A stretch of DNA of 63,935 nucleotides, counting the filler, from Reticulomyxa filosa (Eukaryota; Protista; Foraminifera): the NCBI GenBank assembly GCA_000512085.1. It is 18 parts of 18 records of this genome, joined end to end, with 100 filler letters (N's around TTAATTAATTAA, not from the genome) between each part and the next. Parts side by side here need not be neighbours in the genome. Positions count along the whole stretch, not along the records: positions 1 to 2,069 come from ASPP01001915.1; positions 2,170 to 6,498 come from ASPP01000270.1; positions 6,599 to 9,123 come from ASPP01018728.1; positions 9,224 to 10,265 come from ASPP01041368.1; positions 10,366 to 20,222 come from ASPP01020499.1; 13 more parts are not named here. One strand, 5' to 3'. This document shows positions 1-11,083 of the stretch, in pieces. Within the stretch, counting starts at the first letter, position 1. Each line of letters begins with the position of its first letter. The notes below the pieces were generated by a model, which worked only from the letters and a program-made list of their open reading frames with translations, did no database searches and was not told where the DNA came from. The position numbers and the translations under genes were made by a program.

Positions 1-808
1 TACTAATCTTGTAGTTTTTAAATATTAAATTCCTTTTTTTTTTTGCATATTTCTTTATTGTATTTCTAATTGATATTTCAAAATTTTGATATTTAAAATG
101 GTGAAACATTTGATTGCTTTTAAGAAAGGAGTTGTTTAAGCGTAAAATGTGATAAAAGACAAAGGAAACGGCTGGAACAGTTCGCATCACGCAATGTACA
201 AATGGTCTTGCAGTAATGAAGGAACTATGCGTAGAAGCTATCGTACGATGGCGGTGACGAAGCGATTGATGGTACACGTGTGATGACTGAATGAGGACAG
301 ACGATTACAATTAGACTATCGACAGAGTTTGGTGGCATGCCATTGGAATTTGTGCAAAAGTGCAACCTGCAAATCAACTCGGTAATTGTGACCTTGAATC
401 ACTTGACGATGTTGACACACAGCGGGTATGACGCATCACTATCATTTTGGCAAATCCGTCAATACGTAGGATCAAGTTTTACTCGATACAGTTGAAATTT
501 CAAAGGATACACCAAAAACACAATTTTCTAGAACTCAACGAGTTTACACGTTTTTTGCTTTTTAAAAATTTTCCTTTTACAAACATTTTTTGACATTGTC
601 GAAAAAGTCTGAAATATATTTATTTTTTTCATTTTATCAGCTTTGCTTTATCCATTATCACTTTTGCATTTTGTCATTTTATATTTTGTGTCTTTATTCA
701 GTCAAACATACGAATAAAAGATTTACTAAATTCATTAACTTTCTCTTTATCGCTGTCAACAATACCCACTATTTCAAACCAAAAAAAAGCGTGTAAACAA
801 AAATTTAC

Positions 809-1301
809 TTACAAAAGGGGGACTATATAAACAATAGCAAAAAAAAGAACGTAACTTGATAGTACTGTATAATTTACTTTTTTGTCAAATAAGAAATGAA
901 AGTATTTTTGTTTGATTTGCTGAAATGAAGTCCAAATAATTTGGAATAAAGGTTCATTACTTTCAAATTCTTTCTTTACATCTTCATCTGATTTAATAAT
1001 GTTGTTCTTTATATTAATCAATTGAATCTCTACATTTCATTATTGATTTTTTGGATTTTAATTGTCTGTGAAATGATGATTTATCTGATATATCATCACA
1101 AACACTTACATATTTCATTACCAACGTATGTCCATTTCTTCCTTTCCAATCAGATCCAAAAGACAACAAAGATATTTCGTTATTATCTTTGTAATTATTA
1201 TCTATCAGTTTCACTACAGATTGTCTATCTATTTTAACATGACTTGTATTCGTTTTTGAGTGTATGATAAAAATGACAATCTCTTTGTTGATAACTTCCA
1301 C
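809..1301 (-). pseudogene. Degraded kelch-like beta-propeller family fragment
   Basis: VVKLIDNNYKDNNEISLLSFGS...HTLVMKYVSV matches VVKLVENGNNNKDINQITLLSFGG...HTLMMKYVSVW of the intact gene at 52202-53440. The flanks do not continue in frame. Confidence 0.7.
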
Positions 1302-2069
1302 AAATAGTTATTTCGTGTTTGTGCAGCACACATTGAGATTGAGTATGCAAATCCTTCAAATTTTAAAAAGAAGTAGAAGTAAGAATATGTTAACTTTGTT
1401 TCGTTTGTCTTTTAAAAGGTTTTTGTGTTGTAGTCCAATTCCCCATGTATTAATGTTGCTGAATTTTTTGATTTTTAGGCATTCCATAATCGAATTATAT
1501 TATCTAATGAACATGATATAATAAATTTACTATCTGGAAAAAATTTTGTACGTATTTATATACTTGTAAAATCATTGATAATTCAAAACATACTATCTAT
1601 TTTTAAAAAAATAAATAAATTACTTATTAATTATTTGTTAATCAGTTTTATACTTACCAATTTTAAAATTTTTTCATTCTTCCATTTACTTATTTTTATT
1701 TTCATATGAATTGGTTTAATTGCATACTTTCTCCAATAATATGTATAATCTTCAAGTTTTTAAAATTTCATAACAAGTAAGTAATTGATAATATTGAAAA
1801 ATATAATCTTCATTATATTTAATTGATAATACTGTTCTCCAACAAAATAATATAATTTCATTTTTTGATTTTGCATCTGATCTTTCGAATTGAAAAAAGT
1901 TATTTTTCGTCAAAATTAATACAAATAAACATAGTACATATCAACACAGATAGCAATCCTGGAAAGTATTTTTAAAAAAAGAAATTGTTGATCATTGATG
2001 TTCACGAGTAACTTGCTGAAACAACAAACATATCTATCTTTTGGAATAATGTAAATACAAAAACTGATA

Positions 2070-2169
2070 NNNNNNNNNNNNNNNNNNNNNNNNNNNNNNN
2101 NNNNNNNNNNNNNTTAATTAATTAANNNNNNNNNNNNNNNNNNNNNNNNNNNNNNNNNNNNNNNNNNNN
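2070..2169. other. Artificial contig linker (N44-TTAATTAATTAA-N44); first of 17
   Basis: Identical 100-bp linkers at 2070, 6499, 9124, 10266, 20223, 25022, 28686, 31372, 32658, 37272, 38550, 45865, 51003, 53673, 55043, 60527 and 62807. The core has stops in all six frames. Adjacency across linkers carries no biological meaning. Confidence 0.98.
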
Positions 2170-2238
2170 AAGATTAAAATTTTTGAAAAAATTAGAAAGA
2201 CTTAATAAAAAATAAAAATGATATTTAAAAACTACACG

Positions 2239-2355
2239 ATTTGTAGATATTTTTAAAAAAATTTTGGTTAAATGCTGTTTTTTCATTGAGAAACACAATC
2301 ATCTATATAAGGTGGCATTTTAGGTGTCAACTTTCTTTTTTATCTTACTGTATTA
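2239..2355 (+). repeat. Dispersed ~100-bp AT-rich repeat, copy 1
   Basis: ATTTGTAGATATTTT...TTTTTTCATTGAGAAACAC..TCATCT.TATAAGGTGGCATTTTAGG...AACTTTCTTTTT recurs at 10366-10461 and, more diverged, at 10603-10692. Confidence 0.85.
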
Positions 2356-3229
2356 CTATTCTTAAAATATAACAAAAAATAAATATAACTTACATGTATT
2401 GTAGATAAATGAAAATTATATTTTAACGACTAATTTATCTACTATATATATGTATGTATATGTTATAATAGAATAATAGACATATGTCATAATTATATAT
2501 GATACAATGTCATAATTTTATTGAAACTTTTTATTATTTATATTATTATAACATATAATAAAATTATTATTAAATATATTTGATAAAATGATTTTTATTT
2601 TTATTTTTGCATTTTACTGTATTTGCAGAATATTCAAATTTTGAATGAAGTGAAACACTTTCTTATTGTGAGATTATAAAGAAATAATTTTTGTTTGCAT
2701 TGTGAAAGTCTAAATGATACAAATATTTTATTTGTTTAATTAAAAGTTTAATAACATCATTTGTTTCTTTTCTTGAAGGGGTGAACAAAGAAACTTTCCT
2801 TCCATAAACTTTTTTTTTTTTAGTAGCGAATAGACATCAACATTTAAGTCTTCTGGAAATACAAGATCATTGTGCTAAACGTGACTTCAACTTACTGGTT
2901 CAAACATACAAGTATCATCCATCCATCAAAAAAAAAATCATCAATACATATTTTTGTAACCAAGTTTACTAGTAGGCAAGCAGCGGTTCGCGAAAGACCG
3001 CGAAATTTTCAAACTTGTAACAAGGCAAAAAACAGGAGGGGAGGGAAAGAAAGAAAACAGATTTATAAAAAGATATATGTACATAGAAGGTAAAGAGCAA
3101 ACGTATTGTATTTCTTGTGTTTTGTTTTGTGTATCGGGGAAAAAAAAATATGTCGTGGATGAATGGGACGCTAGAGCTAGATCAGATAGAGAGAGAAAAT
3201 ATTTGATAGTATAAAAAAAAAGAATAGTG

Positions 3230-3919
3230 ATGACAACGACGTGTGTGAATCGACTTCGAAAAGAGTTAAAAAAATTAGAAAATGACAAATCGTCAATGGA
3301 AGCATTTGAAGCGAAGCCATTGGCAAATGATATTCAAACGTGGCATTATATAATAAAAGGGCCAAAGGACACACCATTTGAAGGGGGATACTATCACGGA
3401 GTGTTGGTATTTCCAAAAGACTACCCTTACAAACCACCGTCGATTCAAATGCTTACTCCAAATGGACGGTTTCAAACGCGAACGAAGCTGTGCTTAAGCA
3501 ACAGCGATTTCCATCCGGAGAGCTGGTCACCTTTTTGGAGCGTGAGCAATATACTAATGGGGTTTATTTCATTCATGTGTGAAGAAGGGACGGCTGGAGT
3601 TGGGAGTATGAACAGCACCGCCGAACATAAGAAATGTTTGGCTTTACAAAGTTTGGAGTTTAATTTACAAGACAAAACCTTTATTAAATTGTTTGGCAAA
3701 AAATATCAAGCCATTTATGACCAACAGATACAGACCCGAAAAGAACAGTTGTCACTATTGGGTCAAAGGAATTCAAACAAAGCCTTTAAATTTTCTTCTT
3801 CTTCTTCTAGCCTCCCCTCACATGGAGAGCTGCTCAAAAAAAAAGAATCGTGGTGGGATTGGCTTATCATTAGTATTGTTGTTTTTTGTATTGGATACGT
3901 CATCAGAATGATTTTGTAA
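3230..3919 (+). CDS. UBC6: Ubiquitin-conjugating enzyme E2, Ubc6/UBE2J-type, tail-anchored
   Basis: Intronless ORF with WHYIIKGPKDTPFEGGYYHG..FP.DYPYKPP, TPNGRF..TKLCLSNSDFHPESWSP (catalytic Cys) and a C-terminal hydrophobic helix WWDWLIISIVVFCIGYVI. Confidence 0.93.
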   Translation: MTTTCVNRLRKELKKLENDKSSMEAFEAKPLANDIQTWHYIIKGPKDTPFEGGYYHGVLVFPKDYPYKPPSIQMLTPNGRFQTRTKLCLSNSDFHPESWSPFWSVSNILMGFISFMCEEGTAGVGSMNSTAEHKKCLALQSLEFNLQDKTFIKLFGKKYQAIYDQQIQTRKEQLSLLGQRNSNKAFKFSSSSSSLPSHGELLKKKESWWDWLIISIVVFCIGYVIRMIL

Positions 3920-4250
3920 AAAAAAAAAAAAACAAAAATTTTTTTTTAGAAAACGAAGAAAAAAATCTAGATCCCCTTCTCTTTCTTATTGTTCCCTCTT
4001 CTTTCACTTTTCATCATTAACTATGCACGCGTAAACTATTTCATAATATTCCAACAACTACTTTCTTTGATTTTTTTTTGGTTTTTTTTTGCTTGTGTTT
4101 TGTTGTTGTCGCTGGCTTTTTTTCTTTTTTTTGCTCTCCTCTTCAATGCCCTAATTCTATTACTTTTCCTATTTCTTTTGGATTGCTTTGATAATTAAAA
4201 CGCGTCTTTTGGTACGTTCTTTCGCTGGTCTTATGGCCACTAGTGTTTGC

Positions 4251-4308
4251 TACCCCTTTTTTTTGTTTTTGCCACCCTTTTTTTTGTTTTTGCCACCCTT
4301 TTTTTTGG
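4251..4308. repeat. Short imperfect tandem repeat (~21-bp unit CCCTTTTTTTTGTTTTTGCCA)
   Basis: About 2.5 adjacent copies are directly visible. Confidence 0.75.
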
Positions 4309-5411
4309 ATTTGCACTCTGTGAAAGTCACGTAAACATTAGGTCACAATTTTGGAGTTTGTTTCTTTTTTGACATGACCACTCAATGTTGTTGGATAACA
4401 TTTAGGACTTGGAAATTCATCGTTGGCTAATTTACACGAAAAAAAAGCGCACTTTTGTGCTATATCTTTAAAATGCACAAAGTGTATGATCAAAGTAAAT
4501 CTACTGCTTCTCCAGCAAGGCAAACCCCCCAAAAATATTAGACTATTTAAAATGGAGAAATTGAGTTTTAACACAAATATTTATCAAAAAGCAACTGCTT
4601 TTTGATCGGCATCCTTTTTTAGAAAACTAAAAAGACAAGCAAAAGCATGGCTCTTAAAGTTTTGATTTTGTAGGATAAGACTAACCTTGGAATTATATTT
4701 TAAGGAACCTTTTTTATACCTTATCTTGCCAAATTTTATTTGTTTTCGTTTTGTTGAAATTTGTCCAAATAAAAGAATTTCGAATTATATAGTTTAGCTG
4801 ACCCGCTTCCAACAGCTTTTTTTAGTTTATTAAAGATGTACTTATCAGTTGATATGATAATAATTTCAATTTCTTTATTTTCATGAAAGTAATTTCGCTC
4901 ATTGATGGTCAAATGAAAATATTTTAAAGTTTAATAGTTTACAAAATGGCAAACTTAATATAACTCGATTTCTCCATAAAAACACTTAATCCTAAATTTA
5001 AAAAATATCTTTGCATTTTTAAATAATTTTTGATTTTAGAAGTTTGATTATAGAAAGATTAAAAAATTAAAATTTTTTTGTGATTTTGTCAAAGTAATTC
5101 CAGCATAACTTTTGTTATTGTGGATATTCTTCATTATAATTCTTTTTTTTTTGGATTATTGGCTTGTTTGTTTATTCAAATATCACAACAAAGTTATAAA
5201 AAAATATTTAAAAGTGTCTCTTTACTGAGCCAAAAAATAAGCCATTGAAATTATTGTTTTTTCTTTCGTCTTCTTATTAACTTATCATTTGACGAGTATT
5301 TTATTCAAAAAATCGATTTTTCGCACATAATTGACGAATACATAATTAGTGAATTTTAGACCTTTTTAATAAGAAAGAAAGAGCATAAAAAAAATTCGTA
5401 AACAATCGAAA

Positions 5412-6443
5412 TTACAATTTTGAAGAGCGTGTCTTCGGATCATGAGCAAACTGAGTGGTCAACACGGGGGGCTTCCATCCCTTGCATATGTCCTTGACAA
5501 AATCAATTCGATCTTGTCCCCAAACAATCCTATCATAATCACCGTTGACCGCGTACATAGGCAGCCCAAAGATTCCTTTATCAAGAGCAAATGCGGTGTT
5601 ATCTTGAAGAGCCTGTTTGATCTTTGGATCCTCAGTCTTGGCAATAAGTGCCTTGCCATCAAATCCGTTTTCATCCAACAATTTGCTCAAAACTATACAC
5701 AGCAATAGCGTGAATGAAGTATAATATAATGCCCATCTTCACAAAAATATATACATATATACATACGTATATGTATATGTGTATAAATGTATACACCAAA
5801 CCTTCGGCGTTGCTAATATTCAAATCATATTGCCAAGCACCTCTGAAAATGCAATCAATGGTTCGATTGTCCGCCAAATAAACGCGCAAAGGCAAGATAG
5901 TTCTCAAAGGAAAGTGAGAAGAAAATTTGATGGCCGAGCCATTGCAACTGAACCAGCGCGCCATCTCTTTGCTCATATAGTTACGTTTCGCATCAGTGAG
6001 AGCTAAGATGGGTGCATTGGGTGTGCCAATGGATTTGAAAATGGCACCCAGCAACACCGGTTTCCACTCAACCTCACCAAATCCACGGAGTTCATGTCCC
6101 CTCAGATAGGCAAGAAAAGTCCACGGACTAGCAAAATCAAAAAACACTTCGATTTTATTTTTCCCCTTGTTTGCACCGGTACTTGGGCCCTTATCACCAA
6201 AGGCGATGCGATGGATAGGAGGACGTAACAATGAACGTAATCCCAATCGCAAGCGCGTTTCAATGTAAGGTAATCGATCCATTCCAAAGTAAAAGTCTTT
6301 GTCAAAGCTGTTATTTATCACAAAGGTGGGCACCCCAAATATCCCGTTCTTCACTGCCTTGTCCGTCTCTTCGCGTAATTTTGTTTTCACTTCCTCGTTG
6401 CCGATTATGTCTCTATTTGCAATTTGCATACGATGCAAATTTT
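5412..6443 (-). CDS. GST-kappa / 2-hydroxychromene-2-carboxylate isomerase (DsbA-like) protein with tandem domains and C-terminal SKL; 5' partial
   Basis: KIEVFFDFASPW, WKPVLLGAIF, GIFGLP and WGQDRI motifs. An upstream second copy of the C-terminal motif reads GIFGVPTF...FGMDRL. Intron 5693-5801 (GT..AG, phase 1) joins the two ORFs. The protein ends SSKL*. Confidence 0.85.
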
Positions 6444-9223
6444 CTTGACAATGATGTGGAAAACGGGTTATAAAAAAAAGGGGGGTTATAAAAAAAAGNN
6501 NNNNNNNNNNNNNNNNNNNNNNNNNNNNNNNNNNNNNNNNNNTTAATTAATTAANNNNNNNNNNNNNNNNNNNNNNNNNNNNNNNNNNNNNNNNNNNNAT
6601 TGCTTTTGCATTTCTGTGCATCCACTTCTTTTTCTTCATTTGCGGCTCCATCATCTACACCACCAGTGAACTTGACACATCCTAGTTGTTGTAACCACAA
6701 AGACAACAAACAACAACTTAATTCAAACTGCTTTAAAAGAAAGACAAAATAATCAATATTTCCTAACTTCGATCTTCTTTCAAATGTATAATAATAATAT
6801 AATGAAATCATCCAATTCAATCATTTCTTTTCAATACTCCCTTGACGACAATGCCAATGTTCTTTTGTCATCAAATTGCAATATACCAAAGTTTTGATAT
6901 CTTCCACCAAATCAACACAAAGACCATACCAATTCTATATCGGAAATGCCTCCATGCGTCTTTGGTGCGTCGCCATCGGGAGCCACATATACATAATCAC
7001 AAATACATATGAATGATAAAAACTGGTATTTGATTAATTATGCATATGATGAGTTGAGCGAAAGTTGTGTGCTAATTTGGATGTGGTTGTGCGACCATAA
7101 GCACATAATGTTCATTGCCACTTCACTTCATCTTAATTAATATCATTCATAACAACTCATAGTCTTGGTGGCACATGTCAACGCCTTTTAGAGATTGATT
7201 GTGCCGATTCTCTTTATTTACACTTGCTTCTTTTGATAAGTTCATCTTGCACGATCCATTAGCACTTGTGATATTTTTTACATTAATCCATATGTTTATA
7301 ATACCATTAATTGTCATTTTTTTTCCTTTCTTTTTCTTTTTTCCTTCCTTATTGTACTCTTCTTCTTCTTCTTTTTTTTCTCACTGCAAACCTGAAGCAA
7401 ATCACTGTACAATGAAAAGGTCTATGTCCACATTGTTACATTGAAAATATGATAAAAATAAGATATATACCTTGAAATAGAACTTCTATGATTGATCTTT
7501 GCCGTTTTGTGTGCTTGGAGTTCAAATGATAACAGGATTATATGTTATAAGAGAAGTTGTTCGTGGAATACGCATTTGCTCGAACATTCAATCTATTCTT
7601 TACCACTCGTATTAATATTCATCACAACTCTGGTAAAGTTATTTTCTTGGGTTGATGTATTGTGAATTGCGTGGATGGACTTGAGCTTACCACAAAGCAA
7701 TCCGCTTTTGAATTGTGATCATAATATATCAAAAGAGATCGAGTTTGATGACGACATAATTGTACTGCACTTTGTCGATAGATTGGATCAATATCGTATC
7801 GGTCCTCGGTGGTGACTCGTGACACGGATTACATCTTAAGATTTGGCAATTCAATTGTAGATTTTTTCTCAGATTTCATTGACTAATTTGTGGAGCTAAT
7901 GTCAAGGTTACTAAACCTGATCCCGATTTATTTGCCTGTTTGTTGTATTAATAAATTAGTTATTTGAGTAGCACTATTTATTGGAGATGCTCATATGGAT
8001 TATAAACAGTGCAAATACAACCAAAACATGATCAAGTATAATATACCGACTCAACTTTGGACAAACTATTCACAAGTTCCAACGATTTCTTCTATATATG
8101 TACATACAGGCATAACACACCAATTATAGATTATTAAAGAAAGAGAAAGGTAACTAATTGTTTCCCAAATTTAATTCAACAGATTGGTCTTTTTCTTCTT
8201 TTGATAGCGATGTTTGGGCACATACAATTTGGTCTTGGATGTCTTTCAACTAGTAATCATGCAACTATCGATAATACGGAATATTTCTTCGAATTGAAGG
8301 TAAGAGAGTCATACTTTGTAATACTCGAGTCTGCATAAGGTTCGGACATAGATAAAGCTGGACTATTGGACAAATATGGTCCACTTAGTAGCAATTTGAA
8401 AACATTTCCAGAAATGGCTTGGAAGCGCAAATTGTCCAAACAAATGTATGTGTGGCTTTTTTTAAAATGGGATTAGATAGTGCGATTGTCGTTGCTGTGA
8501 TTGTGGATTTTTTGATTTAGTGTTTGCAATTGATCATAGCGTTTGATAGGCTGTTGACACGTACTGTTGGAATTTGGAATTAAAGTATGTAATAACATGT
8601 TTGTCCACAGAAACTGTATGCAAACAACGAATATACATTTATTTCTGCAATTATACTTCACATATGTTGACGCTGGCTCAAAAGTAGATCAATTAAAGAA
8701 GTGGATTGAGCTAATATAATATTATCCATTGCATAATTCTTGCCAAAAATTCACTTGCTATCTTCGCAAATCAAACTAACATTCATTTCGCTTTTGATTG
8801 CTGGCATTATCGAGTCCAATATTCTTTGTTCGTATTGCTGCATAATTGGTTCTTTTCTTGGCTCTCGTTCTCGTTGCTTTTTGTTTCATTGAATTTCTAT
8901 ATTTGATAAGTATGTTCAAATTTTTGTTAAACAAACACAAATTAAAAAAAGATCACTTAACTGCTGCTATCATCGCGTAAGATAAATAATTTTTTCATTT
9001 CTTATTCTTTTTTTTCTCTTTGTCAATTTTTTTTTTTCTTAATCAAAATATCCTTTTTTTTCTTTTCTTTTATCTTTTTCTTTTTTATTATTCCTTTTTT
9101 TTAATTTGTAATCCAATTTTTTTNNNNNNNNNNNNNNNNNNNNNNNNNNNNNNNNNNNNNNNNNNNNTTAATTAATTAANNNNNNNNNNNNNNNNNNNNN
9201 NNNNNNNNNNNNNNNNNNNNNNN

Positions 9224-10070
9224 ACAGCCGATAATTGACAGCCAATAAGCCAATGCCAAGCAAGCCTCTCGCAAAGGTGGCTTCCGGCCACAATGTGCTC
9301 AAATAGAAGGCCGCACTCCACGAGGATGCCAGAGCATACCCATTTAAATCAGTCAAGAAAGTGGGCGAAAATCGATGCGTCAAATTGCTCAGTAGCAATT
9401 CCGCACTGCGTTGAAACTGGACACACACAATAGAATAGTCGATTTATAAACTTTAAAAAAAGAAAAGAAAAAAGAAAAAAATTGACTCAACGACAACAGT
9501 GTGCGGTTGCACAGCGCTAATGACTTGACTGCATTTTATTCGGTGCATAAAATGACTTGTTGATTTCGATGAGGATGAGTCAGTGTTATTTCATTTCCTT
9601 GTGTTGTGCCGAGGCTTGAACATCTAATACATTTTCGGCCTGTATATTGTCATCCGCACGTTGTTTGTACTTCGACATTTCCGATGCGGCCTTGAGTTTC
9701 AATTGCTTCCAACACTTTTTCACTGTCAATACGTCGTTATACAGTCTTTCTTGGTATTTTTTAAACAAACTGCGAAAGCTGTAACTGTCTTTCGCAATGA
9801 ACTCGTTCAATGCTCTTAAGGGCTTGGCCACAATGATTTTGGAGTGGTCTGTCAGGCCAACTTAGCCATTTTGCCAGTCTAAGAGTCCCAAACTCTTGTT
9901 CAAAGATTTCTGTATCATTTCTAGCAAGTTTTTCGATTTGGATCGCTGATTGTTCAACTTCTCCATCATCTTTTTTTTGAAGACAGTCCCTTTTCACTGA
10001 CTTTTTGAACACTGTAACTCCTCAATTTGCCACCTGCTTAAAATGAGCCAGTAATAAATTTTCCAAATTT
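9224..10070 (-). CDS. Internal fragment of an unidentified helical protein (spliced, apparent frameshift near 9850)
   Basis: Three coding-like ORF pieces on the minus strand, one separated by an intron-like A/T tract. No family recognised. Confidence 0.35.
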
Positions 10071-10365
10071 TTCGCTTCCTTTGAGTTATTACCAAGTAAA
10101 TAATTATATCATTCGACTATTCATAAACATATCTACTTCATTTACATCATATCTTTGCAATATGGTGAAAAGTCATGTAGTGTTCAATTTTGCTATGATA
10201 ACATACTTTAATGGAATAAGTGATCAAATCCATCCCATCAAATCTCTTTTTTCAAATTTTTGTACNNNNNNNNNNNNNNNNNNNNNNNNNNNNNNNNNNN
10301 NNNNNNNNNTTAATTAATTAANNNNNNNNNNNNNNNNNNNNNNNNNNNNNNNNNNNNNNNNNNNN

Positions 10366-10692
10366 ATTTGTAGATATTTTAACAAAAAAATTTTGATTAA
10401 ATGTTGTTTTTTCATTTAGAAACACAGTCATCTCTATAAGGTGGCATTTTAGGGTAAACTTTCTTTTTTTCCTACTGTATATTATATATATTGTTTGTGT
10501 TTTGTTATGTCTCTTTATTTTTAAAAAACTCTATACTTTTTTCTTTAGATCGCAAGATTGCCTCGTGAAAGAAATAATCTTTTTTTTCAATAAAAGACTT
10601 CAAATTTTTGATTAAATTTTGTTTTTTCATTGAGAAAATAGTCATCTTTATAAAGTGGGTTTTAGGTGCCAGCTTTCTTTTTTATTCTACTT
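10366..10692 (+). repeat. Dispersed AT-rich repeat, copies 2 and 3
   Basis: 10366-10461 and 10603-10692 align with 2239-2355. Confidence 0.85.
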
Positions 10693-11083
10693 TATACACA
10701 TGTATGTATATCTAAAGCATTACAAATTGTTCAAGATTTATAAACAGTTCATCATAATTTCAAGCTTAGTTTTTAAAATGCATGATTTTGTAACAACAAC
10801 AAAATAGACAGATTCCAAATAATCAGAAGACCTCCATGCTTGGGGATTCTGTCTTCATTGCGACTCCAAAGTTTTGTACTTTTTTTTTGTGTAATGTCAT
10901 TTGTGTATGCATTGCATATTCATACATTATTGTTCCAAAAAAACAGAAATCATTCGTTTTGGTTTCACCATGACTTCCAAGAGGTTCGCTCGGGTGTTTT
11001 CAGTGGAACGTTTCCCTCCAAAAAAAACTTATTTTCGTTGCAGGATCGAAAACCAAATATTAACAATTTCTTCTTTGAGTGAA

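Noticed and set aside
4200-4420. Histone-H1-like KKRVAKT peptide on the minus strand
   Set aside because: It arises from the 21-bp repeat, the frames close quickly, and no coherent gene model emerges.
6599-9123. Degenerate coding-like sequence on the minus strand as a transposon or Helitron
   Set aside because: Short stop-riddled frames with no motif I can assign.
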